Source: Escherichia coli
GTDB taxonomy: Bacteria; Pseudomonadota; Gammaproteobacteria; Enterobacterales; Enterobacteriaceae
Assembly: GCF_003334385.1 (NCBI RefSeq)
Contig: NZ_QOWN01000077.1
Direction: 5' to 3' (one strand)
Length of the DNA: 6,256 bases
The notes below the pieces were generated by a model, which ran no database searches, was not told the origin of the DNA, and saw nothing but the letters and a program-made list of their open reading frames with translations. The translations under genes and the position numbers were made by a program. Positions 1 through 6,256 of this stretch are shown in pieces. Numbering within the stretch: position 1 is the stretch's first letter; every line of letters starts with the position of its first letter.

Positions 1-20
1 TTATCGTGAGAGTAATTCAT
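1..20 (-). CDS. insL: IS186 transposase, first 6 codons only (MNYSHD); remainder lies outside the window
   Basis: Minus-strand ATG AAT TAC TCT CAC GAT beginning at position 20, 55 bp inside the putative IS terminus at 75. Six codons alone are weak evidence; the call depends on the adjacent inverted-repeat match. Confidence 0.45.
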
Positions 21-75
21 CGGCACGTTAAATCATATCAGGCGTAATACCACAACCCTTAAGTTAGCGCTTATG
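1..75 (-). mobile_element. IS186 (IS4 family) terminal segment; element continues beyond the window start
   Basis: Plus-strand 53-75 caacccttaagttagcgcttatg is the reverse complement of CATAAGCGCTAACTTAAGGGTTG, which I recall as the 23-bp terminal inverted repeat of IS186. On the minus strand an ATG at 20..18 opens MNYSHD, matching the recalled N-terminus of the IS186 transposase InsL. All three plus-strand frames are closed by stops within 1-67, so the flanking cynR frame cannot extend upstream. Identification is from memory, not a database search. Confidence 0.6.
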
Positions 76-341
76 GGCTACATCCACAGGTGGTCATTGA
101 GGCGAACTCAATTAGCGCGGTTCTGGAGCTGATTCGCCGCACTTCCCTTTCCACATTGTTACCAGCAGCGATTGCCACACAACATGACGGGCTTAAAGCT
201 ATTTCTCTTGCCCCGCCACTACTGGAGAGAACGGCGGTTTTGTTGCGGCGGAAAAATAGCTGGCAGACAGCCGCCGCGAAGGCATTTTTGCACATGGCGT
301 TGGATAAATGCGCGGTTGTTGGCGGAAATGAATCACGGTAG
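76..341 (+). pseudogene. cynR: 3' fragment of cynR (LysR-family regulator of the cyanate operon), truncated at the IS186 junction
   Basis: The frame translates ..[86 protein letters not shown] and ends at TAG 339-341, which matches the CynR C-terminus as I recall it. An in-frame TAA at 60-62 lies inside the putative IS inverted repeat, so only about 88 C-terminal codons of a ~299-aa protein remain here. Convergent orientation with codA matches the K-12 codA/cynR arrangement. Confidence 0.75.
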
Positions 342-369
342 CCGCTGACACAGGTCTGCGGCTGGAATT

Positions 370-449
370 GCCTGATGCGCTACGCTTATCAGGCCTACGA
401 GTTCAGTGCTCTACGTAGGCCGGATAAGGCGTTCACGCCGCATCCGGCA
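370..449. repeat. REP pair (BIME-like): gcctgatgcgctacgcttatcaggcctac (370-398) and inverted gtaggccggataaggcgttcacgccgcatccggca (416-449)
   Basis: Classic enterobacterial REP palindromes (GCCTGATGCG...TTATCAGGCCTAC and GCCGGATGCGGCGTGAACGCCTTATCCGGCCTAC families), in inverted orientation. Confidence 0.8.
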
Positions 450-569
450 TAAACTACAGCTGGCAGACAGCCGCTGCGAAGGCATTTTTGCACATGGCGT
501 TGGAGGAATGCGCGGTTGTTGGCGGGAATGAATCACGGTAGCCGCTGACACAGATCAGCGGCTGGAATT

Positions 570-649
570 GCCTGATGCGCTACGCTTATCAGGCCTACGA
601 GTTCAGTGCTCTACGTAGGCCGGATAAGGCGTTCACGCCGCATCCGGCA
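570..649. repeat. Second copy of the REP pair, within tandem-duplication copy 2
   Basis: Same sequences as 370-449 shifted by 200 bp; lies just 3' of the codA stop (678-680) and so is placed to act as the codBA 3' stem-loop or terminator. Confidence 0.8.
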
Positions 650-677
650 TAAACTAAGCTCGCTGTAACCCAGTCGT

Positions 678-1961
678 TCAACGTTTGTAATCGATGGCTT
701 CTGGCTGCTCCAGATATACGGTGGTTTGTGCCGGTTGTGTGCTGGCAATCACCTTGCCGCCACGTACCGAATAACGTACCGGAACCTGACGGCGCAGCGC
801 ATCAAACCCATTTTCAGCCGGCAGGATAATCAGGTTGGCGCTGTTTCCGGCGGCAATGCCGTAATCCTGCAAATTCAACGTCCTTGCGCTGTGGTGGGTG
901 ATTAAATTCAGGCCATCGTTAATCTGCCCGTAGCCCATCAACTGGCAAACATGCAGCCCCATATGCAGCACTTGCAGCATATTCGCCGTTCCCAGCGGAT
1001 ACCACGGATCGAAGACATCATCGTGACCAAAGCAGACGTTAATGCCGGACTCCAGCATCTCTTTAACGCGCGTGATGCCGCGACGTTTTGGATACGTATC
1101 GAAACGTCCTTGCAGATGAATATTGACCAGCGGGTTGGCGACAAAGTTAATACCGGACATTTTCAGCAAGCGGAACAGGCGTGAGGTATACGCCCCGTTA
1201 TAGGAGTGCATTGCCGTGGTGTGGCTGGCGGTGACTCGCGCGCCCATGCCTTCATGGTGCGCCAGGGCAGCAACGGTTTCGACAAAGCGCGACTGCTCGT
1301 CATCGATCTCATCACAGTGAACGTCGATGAGACGGTCGTATTTTTGCGCCAGGGCGAAGGTTTTATGCAGCGACTCCACGCCGTATTCACGGGTAAATTC
1401 AAAATGCGGAATCGCCCCCACTACATCTGCCCCTAAGCGTAACGCCTCTTCCAGCAACGCTTCACCGTTGGGATACGACAAAATCCCTTCCTGAGGGAAG
1501 GCGACGATTTGCAGATCAATCCACGGCGCGACTTCCTGCTTCACTTCCAGCATTGCTTTCAGCGCAGTTAGCGTTGCATCCGAAACATCGACATGGGTAC
1601 GCACATGCTGAATGCCGTTGGCAATCTGCCATTTCAGCGTTTGCCATGCGCGTTGTTTCACATCGTCATGGGTTAATAACGCTTTGCGCTCGGCCCAGCG
1701 TTCAATGCCTTCAAACAGCGTGCCGGACTGATTCCAGTTCGGTTGTCCGGCGGTTTGCGTGGTGTCCAGGTGAATATGTGGCTCCACAAACGGCGGTATA
1801 ACTAAACCTTGTTCGGCATCCAGGCTGTTTTCAGTTATGGGCATCACGCCGGATTGCGCATCAATGGCGCTGATTTTTCCGTCCTGCAGATGAATCTGCC
1901 ACAGCCCCTCTTCGCCTGGTAACCGGGCGTTAATAATTGTTTGTAAAGCGTTATTCGACAC
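678..1961 (-). CDS. codA: Cytosine deaminase (amidohydrolase superfamily), 427 aa, GTG start
   Basis: Translation [38 protein letters not shown]...[10 protein letters not shown] matches E. coli CodA as recalled, with the metal-binding motifs PHIHLD, VHCDE and CFGHDD. The ORF track starts at ATG 1976, but the known protein begins 5 codons later at GTG 1961..1959, preceded by GGAGG (minus-strand ATGTGGAGGCTAACAGTG). Stop TGA at 680..678. Confidence 0.95.
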
Positions 1962-3210
1962 TGTTAGCCTCCACATGCGTCATTGCTGCTGTCGTTTTAC
2001 GATTCAAAATCGGGTTAAGGATCAGATAGCTCAGCGCGCCACCTAATACCGCGTTGACCGGAACAATTCCCGGTAACCAGTGGCCTGCAGCAATCCCCAA
2101 GGCGACCGCCAGAATCGCCACCCAATTGACACTCATCATACGCGTGGTCGCAAAGTGCTCATAGCGGCGACGGTTCATCAGATAGTCGGCGATGATCACG
2201 CCACCCACTGGAGGAATAGCTGCCGAAAGGAAGGTCAACCAGCCGACAAAATTGTTATACAGCCATAATGCGCAGACCGTACCGATAATACCGTTGATTA
2301 CCGAAAGGGTTTTGCTCGACATCCCGGTAATGTTGGCGAAACCTAAACCCGACGCATAGAGTGCGTTATCGTTGGTGGTCCAGATATTCAGCCCCAGCAC
2401 CACAATCGCAGGCAGCAGCAGGCCCTGAGCAATCATCACATCAGAGATATCCGCCATGCCCAGTGCCGCAGCGCCCGCTGCACCGAAAATAAACATCAAC
2501 GAGTTGCCGAGGAAAAAGGCCACCATCGCCACCAGCACCGCCAGTTTGGCATTGCGACCAAACCGGACAAAGTCAGCGGTGAGCGTACCCGCACTGATAA
2601 ATGACCCCACAACCAGCGCCAGCGCGACATTGAAATCTAACGGTTGTGCGGGAACGACCGCTTTTAATGCGTCCAGGCCGCCCATGCCGTTAACAGCCAG
2701 CCACACGGAATAACCGCCCAGGCAGGCGATAGCCGGAACCGCAATCACCGAAAGAACCGTCAGCGCCGAAATGCCAAAAAAGACGGTGACGGTCATCAGT
2801 AAACCGGAAACGGCAATCAGCAAATTAATATCCAGCCCGGTTGCCTTACCCACCGGAATGGCAAACATCGCCACACCGACGCCAAACCAGCCAACCTGAG
2901 TTCCGCCCAGTAGCAGTGAAGGCAGCCATGAGCCTTTAACACCAAACGAGAAGCGAGCAAGAAGATGAGTGGTCAGGCCGGTTTTTGCGCCAATGTAACC
3001 GAGAAATGAAGTGTAAATACCGAGGAGAAGATTACCGATGAGAACTGCGAGGAAGAAATCATGATAGCTAAGACCGGTTCCGAGAGTGCCGCCGGTCCAC
3101 ATACTGGCGGAAAAGAAGGTTAATCCCAGCATGACGAACGTCAATGCCAATACCCCTTTCCGCGCCGACTGCGGGACTGGCCCCTGGCTAAAGTTGTTAT
3201 CTTGCGACAC
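1951..3210 (-). CDS. codB: Cytosine permease (NCS1 family transporter), 419 aa, GTG start
   Basis: Translation [33 protein letters not shown]...THVEANSVE matches E. coli CodB as recalled and is a hydrophobic multi-helix membrane protein. GTG start at 3210..3208 with AAGGGGGA Shine-Dalgarno upstream; stop TAA at 1953..1951 overlaps the codA start by 11 bp. Confidence 0.95.
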
Positions 3211-3276
3211 GAAATTCCCCCTTTTTGCTGTTTGAAACCCAAAAAATCCGCCGCATTCTATTCATCTGAAGATAAA

Positions 3277-3292
3277 AAGCAATCGTTTTCGT
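3277..3292 (-). promoter_or_regulatory. Putative PurR operator (PUR box) of the codBA promoter
   Basis: Minus-strand ACGAAAACGATTGCTT matches the PurR consensus ACGCAAACGTTTGCGT at 13 of 16 positions. It lies about 70-85 bp upstream of the codB GTG, consistent with known purine repression of codBA. Confidence 0.5.
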
Positions 3293-3297
3293 GGGGA

Positions 3298-3325
3298 AAT
3301 ATATTTTTTATATGAATGAGTGCAA
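3298..3325 (-). promoter_or_regulatory. Candidate sigma70 promoter for codBA: -35 TTGCAC (3325..3320), 16-bp spacer, -10 TATATT (3303..3298)
   Basis: Read from the minus strand: TTGCAC TCATTCATATAAAAAA TATATT, placing the transcription start near the PUR box. Motif-level prediction only. Confidence 0.3.
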
Positions 3326-3362
3326 AAAGGTGGGGGAAAAATTATCGGTGTAAAAACAGTGG

Positions 3363-3543
3363 GTAGGCCTGATAAGACGCGTCAGCGTCGCATCAGGCAT
3401 CTGAGCATGGTGTCGGATGCGACGCGAGCGCCTTATCCGACCTACGGTTCAGGTCCGTAGGCATGATAAAACGCGTCAGCGTCGCATCAGGCATCGGCAC
3501 ACAGTGCCGGATGCACCGCGCGACGCATCCGACAATAACCTAC
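3363..3543. repeat. BIME cluster of four REP elements in alternating orientation (3363-3399, 3411-3445, 3458-3494, 3506-3543)
   Basis: gtaggcctgataagacgcgtcagcgtcgcatcaggca, tgtcggatgcgacgcgagcgccttatccgacctac, gtaggcatgataaaacgcgtcagcgtcgcatcaggca and gccggatgcaccgcgcgacgcatccgacaataacctac form two ~95-bp units. The last REP overlaps the stop codon of the upstream ORF (TAG at 3542..3540). Confidence 0.8.
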
Positions 3544-3812
3544 TCTTCCATCGCCTGGCGGATCTGATCCAACGACGCAGGATCATCAATGGTCGTCAGA
3601 TCTCCAGGATCGCGTCCTTCGCAAATCGCCTGGATCGTGCGGCGCAGCATTTTTCCGGATCGCGTTTTTGGCAATTGCGAGACAAACCAGACGTGCGCCG
3701 GGCGGCCAAAGTTGCCAATCTGGCTGTCCACCAGCGCCATAATCGCCTTCTCTTGCGAGTGCGCCACATCACGATCTTCCAGACTGTCGCTCTCTTTCGG
3801 AATGACAAACGC
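3540..3812 (-). pseudogene. prpE: 3' remnant of prpE (last ~89-92 codons plus native stop), fused to yahJ
   Basis: Acyl-CoA synthetase C-terminal signature LPKTRSGKMLRR, and a position immediately upstream of codB separated only by the REP cluster, as for prpE-codB in K-12. The junction is inferred near 3805-3830 (protein ..DASCSAEAVA / FVIPKESD..). Confidence 0.75.
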
Positions 3813-5126
3813 CACCGCCTCGGCGGAACAGGAGGCGTCCACCAGCACAAAGCTGGCGTCATCCTGCGCTTTTGGCCATACACGCTCGCCTTTTTCATTC
3901 AGCGGCAATACATCGCCAGTGGCTAAAAACAGCGAGCGGGAGAGGTTCTGTTCGTTAGGACGAATATAGAGCTGCGCGTACAGATTGGCTTTTTCCAGCA
4001 TGTCGCCCAGACCATAAGGCGACCAGTGGTCGATAACGCTGTCAGTGCCAGTCATCACTTTTACGCCTTTGTCGTGCAACTGTTTGAGCGGCATATGCAG
4101 CGTGCCAATCGGCACCGTCGAGGCGATAGAAATTTGTTGCACCACCATCCGGTTCGCCAGTTCATCTACCTGTTGCTCGTTGAGCGTTGCCAGCGCAAAG
4201 GCGTGACTGATGGTCAGCTTGCCCTTCAGCTGTGGCGTTTTCTCTACCGTTTCAACCATATAATTGATGGCTGCCACGCCTGCCGGAGTGGTTTCGTGCA
4301 GGTGAATATCGACGCCTTTGTCGTAGTCCAGCGCAATCTGGAACATGGTGTCGAGGGATTTTTCCATCGCGCCATCAACACTGGTCGGGTCCAGGCCGCC
4401 GACGTAATGCGCCCCCGCCTGCATCGCTTCACGCATTAAAGGTTCAGATTTCGACAGCAGCAAACCGTGCTGCGGGAAGGCGACGATTTCACACTCAAAG
4501 CCCGCCTGACGTCGCGCCAGCACCGCCTGCAAATTTTGCAGATTTTTCAGGCCGGAAACCGGTTCGATATTGCAGTGGCTGCGGGCAATGGTGGTGCCTT
4601 TCGACTGCAATAAATCAATCAGTTTTTCTGCCCGCTCCTGAGTGTACGGTTGCAGTTCCGGCAGCATTTTCTGCTCGAGTTTGATCATGTCCTGGATGGT
4701 GGTGCCTGCCGGACGATTGAGCGAGCGCCACGGCCCGCCGTAAAAGGTTTTGTCGAGATGAATATGCATGTCGCGGGTGGTGGGCAGCATCAGCTTACCG
4801 CCAGCGTCATAGTGCGGCAGCGTGGCGTCCGGATGCAGCTTGTTCTCGCGCAGGGCGACAATTTTGCCGTCCTGAATCTCCACGGTCTGGCGCGCCGTGC
4901 GGGTCTGCACCGCCACGCCATTTTCGTAGTCAAAACCGGTTTCCAGCAGCACGTTATCGAGATAGTAATGCGGGTCAGTGATTTTCATGGTGTTGTTCGC
5001 TTCGCAGTTTAGGGTGCCAGCTACCGCCGCATGGGCGAGCGGCACAGAGGTACCAAACAGCGCGGCGGCGGTGACCATCTTACCGCTCTGGCTCAGAAAT
5101 TCACGGCGGCTATTGCTTTCTTTCAT
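3540..5126 (-). CDS. yahJ: Chimeric ORF, 528 aa: Tat-signal amidohydrolase (YahJ-like putative deaminase, ~439 aa) fused in frame to the C-terminal 89 aa of propionyl-CoA synthetase PrpE
   Basis: N-terminus MKESNSRREFLSQSGKMVTAAALFGTSVPLAHA carries a twin-arginine motif (SRREFL). The body has amidohydrolase motifs DMHIHLD, DIHLHET and GTDSVIDHW. The C-terminus FVIPKESDSLEDRDVAHSQEKAIMALVDSQIGNFGRPAHVWFVSQLPKTRSGKMLRRTIQAICEGRDPGDLTTIDDPASLDQIRQAMEE contains the acyl-CoA synthetase PKTRSGK motif and matches the PrpE C-terminus as recalled. ATG at 5126..5124 with AAGGA upstream. Confidence 0.8.
   Translation of the reverse strand: MKESNSRREFLSQSGKMVTAAALFGTSVPLAHAAVAGTLNCEANNTMKITDPHYYLDNVLLETGFDYENGVAVQTRTARQTVEIQDGKIVALRENKLHPDATLPHYDAGGKLMLPTTRDMHIHLDKTFYGGPWRSLNRPAGTTIQDMIKLEQKMLPELQPYTQERAEKLIDLLQSKGTTIARSHCNIEPVSGLKNLQNLQAVLARRQAGFECEIVAFPQHGLLLSKSEPLMREAMQAGAHYVGGLDPTSVDGAMEKSLDTMFQIALDYDKGVDIHLHETTPAGVAAINYMVETVEKTPQLKGKLTISHAFALATLNEQQVDELANRMVVQQISIASTVPIGTLHMPLKQLHDKGVKVMTGTDSVIDHWSPYGLGDMLEKANLYAQLYIRPNEQNLSRSLFLATGDVLPLNEKGERVWPKAQDDASFVLVDASCSAEAVAFVIPKESDSLEDRDVAHSQEKAIMALVDSQIGNFGRPAHVWFVSQLPKTRSGKMLRRTIQAICEGRDPGDLTTIDDPASLDQIRQAMEE
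5028..5126 (-). other. Predicted Tat (twin-arginine) signal peptide of the YahJ-like protein, ~33 aa, likely cleaved after AHA
   Basis: S-R-R-E-F-L motif followed by a hydrophobic stretch VTAAALFGTSVPL and an AxA site (AHA|AVAG). Confidence 0.55.
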
Positions 5127-5135
5127 CTTACGTCC

Positions 5136-6086
5136 TTACGTTTTAATAATATGAGTGCCCGTTTCGCCGCGCAGCGCCGCAGGCAGGCATTCCGGCGTGG
5201 TGATAATCACTTCTTTGCCGCCTTGTTCTAAAAATGTCAGGCTGGCGATGATTTTTGGCAACATGCTGCCGGGCGGGAAATGCCCTTCCTGCATATAGCG
5301 GGTCATGGTGGCAATATCCACCCGATCGAGCGCCTGCTGCTGCGGTTTGCCAAAGTGAATACACACTTTTTCGACGCCAGTGGTGATCACAAGAATGTCG
5401 GCGTGAATTTCACGGGCCAGCAGCGCGGTAGAGAGATCTTTGTCGATAACCGCGTCCACGCTTTGGTAATCTCCCGCGTCAGTACGCACTACCGGAATTC
5501 CACCGCCGCCCGCGCCAATTACGACAAAACCTTGTTGGATCAGCGCTTTAATGGCAGGTGCTTCGACAATACGTTTCGGTTCCGGCGAGGCGACCACGCG
5601 GCGATAGCCCCGCCCGGCATCTTCAACAAAACACCAGTCAGGGTTTGCCTTTTGTAATTCGTCACGCTGGCTGTCACTAAAGAATGCGCCGATGGGCTTG
5701 GTGGGATGGGCAAAACCTGGATCGTTTTTATCCACTTCCACCTGAGTCACCACGGTGACGGCTTTCTTCTCGCCGTGACGCGCCAGCCGGTTATTCAGCG
5801 CCTGTTGGATCAGATAGCCGATGCCGCCCTGCGTATCTGCCACACAGTTCGCCAGCGGCGTTAAGGGCAGCCCTTCGCGCTTGTGGGCAATCTCCGCACG
5901 GCGTAAATCCAGCCCGACCTGCGGCCCGTTGCCGTGGGTCAGCACAATGTCGTAATCGGAAGCCAGCATTTCCAGCACCGTATCGGCGACGGCTTTCACC
6001 GCCTCCGCCTGATGCTCAATCGACTGGCTGGCGTTATCTTTGATAATGCTGTTGCCACCAATGGCAACGACCACAAGCTCTTTCAT
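5136..6086 (-). CDS. yahI: Carbamate kinase-like protein (amino acid kinase family), 316 aa
   Basis: Translation MKELVVVAIGGNSI...LTHGNGPQVG...VIGAGGGGIPV... carries carbamate kinase / amino-acid-kinase signatures and matches E. coli YahI as recalled. Stop TAA at 5138..5136 lies 9 bp upstream of the yahJ ATG, suggesting an operon. Confidence 0.9.
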   Translation of the reverse strand: MKELVVVAIGGNSIIKDNASQSIEHQAEAVKAVADTVLEMLASDYDIVLTHGNGPQVGLDLRRAEIAHKREGLPLTPLANCVADTQGGIGYLIQQALNNRLARHGEKKAVTVVTQVEVDKNDPGFAHPTKPIGAFFSDSQRDELQKANPDWCFVEDAGRGYRRVVASPEPKRIVEAPAIKALIQQGFVVIGAGGGGIPVVRTDAGDYQSVDAVIDKDLSTALLAREIHADILVITTGVEKVCIHFGKPQQQALDRVDIATMTRYMQEGHFPPGSMLPKIIASLTFLEQGGKEVIITTPECLPAALRGETGTHIIKT

Positions 6087-6136
6087 GTTGTTATGTCCGC
6101 TACAGAGGGTGATGGGGTTATGACCAACGCCAGACT

Positions 6137-6256
6137 GCCTGATGCGCTACGCTTATCAGGCCTACAATTCTCGCGCCACTCGTAGGCCGGATAAGGCGTT
6201 CACGCCGCATCCGGCAATGGTGACAAATGCCTGATGCGCTACGCTTATCAGGCCTA
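6137..6256. repeat. BIME/REP cluster of at least three REPs (6137-6165, 6182-6216, 6229-6256), running off the window end
   Basis: gcctgatgcgctacgcttatcaggcctac, inverted gtaggccggataaggcgttcacgccgcatccggca, then gcctgatgcgctacgcttatcaggccta; the same REP family as at 370-449. Confidence 0.8.

Larger units (their letters stand above)
258..656. repeat. Direct tandem duplication, two copies of ~199 bp with a 200-bp period (258-456 and 458-656)
   Basis: Seen directly: copy 2 equals copy 1 shifted by 200 bp with 6 mismatches (275/475, 305/505, 306/506, 326/526, 354/554, 357/557), about 97% identity. Each copy holds the last ~27 codons of cynR including its stop, a hairpin and an inverted REP pair. 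Confidence 0.9.

Noticed and set aside
1-80. Engineered deletion scar (FRT or loxP) at the cynR truncation
   Set aside because: No FRT (GAAGTTCCTATTC...) or loxP (ATAACTTCGTATA...) core is present; the sequence instead matches an IS terminus.
71-295. Minus-strand 74-aa ORF antisense to the cynR fragment
   Set aside because: Antisense to the recognisable cynR frame and crossing the IS junction; no independent support.
370-656. Possible CRISPR array suggested by regularly spaced palindromic repeats
   Set aside because: The repeats are REP/BIME palindromes in alternating orientation inside a 200-bp tandem duplication, not short direct repeats with unique spacers, and no cas genes are present.
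938-1801. Plus- and minus-strand ORFs of 68-82 aa nested within codA (938-1144, 951-1184, 1163-1402, 1206-1436, 1553-1801)
   Set aside because: They lie entirely inside the well-supported codA CDS in other frames or antisense, have low-complexity Arg/Ala-rich translations typical of off-frame reading of GC-rich coding DNA, and show no ribosome-binding sites.
678-1976. ATG at 1976 as the codA start, giving a 432-aa protein
   Set aside because: The known CodA N-terminus begins at the GTG five codons downstream, which has a strong GGAGG Shine-Dalgarno at correct spacing; the ATG lacks one.
2080-2713. Plus-strand ORFs antisense to codB (2080-2268, 2456-2713)
   Set aside because: Antisense to a confident membrane-transporter CDS; the translations are compositionally biased with no recognisable motifs.
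3417-5012. ORFs overlapping the yahJ-prpE chimeric ORF (3417-3926, 3589-3969, 3596-3898, 4026-4439, 4244-4432, 4650-5012)
   Set aside because: All are alternative-frame or antisense readings of the 528-aa ORF, and 3417-3926 also runs through REP elements; the Arg-rich translations indicate frame artefacts.
5031-6185. ORFs overlapping yahI or reading through REPs (5031-5231, 5143-5364, 5280-5657, 5934-6185)
   Set aside because: Antisense or off-frame to yahI; 5934-6185 ends in a REP-encoded peptide (..RLPDALRLSGLQFSRHS), a well-known spurious-ORF signature.

Overview
Enterobacterial (Escherichia coli-like) chromosomal window centred on an intact codBA operon (cytosine permease and cytosine deaminase, minus strand), with rearranged flanks on both sides. 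Gene identifications rest on my recall of E. coli protein sequences and gene order; nothing was searched or computed beyond reading the sequence. Left flank: bases 1-75 look like the terminus of an IS186 element, abutting a 3' fragment of cynR (76-341, plus strand), followed by a 200-bp-period tandem duplication that carries the cynR 3' end and a REP pair. Right flank: a REP cluster sits between the codB promoter and a 528-aa chimeric ORF (3540-5126, minus) whose N-terminal ~439 aa are a Tat-signal amidohydrolase (YahJ-like) and whose last 89 aa are the C-terminus of propionyl-CoA synthetase PrpE. This implies an in-frame deletion of roughly 10 kb that removes yahK-yahO and prpRBCD in the K-12 gene order. 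Upstream of the chimera are carbamate-kinase-like yahI (5136-6086, minus) and a further REP cluster running to the window end. The chimeric ORF and the IS186/cynR junction are the items most worth follow-up.
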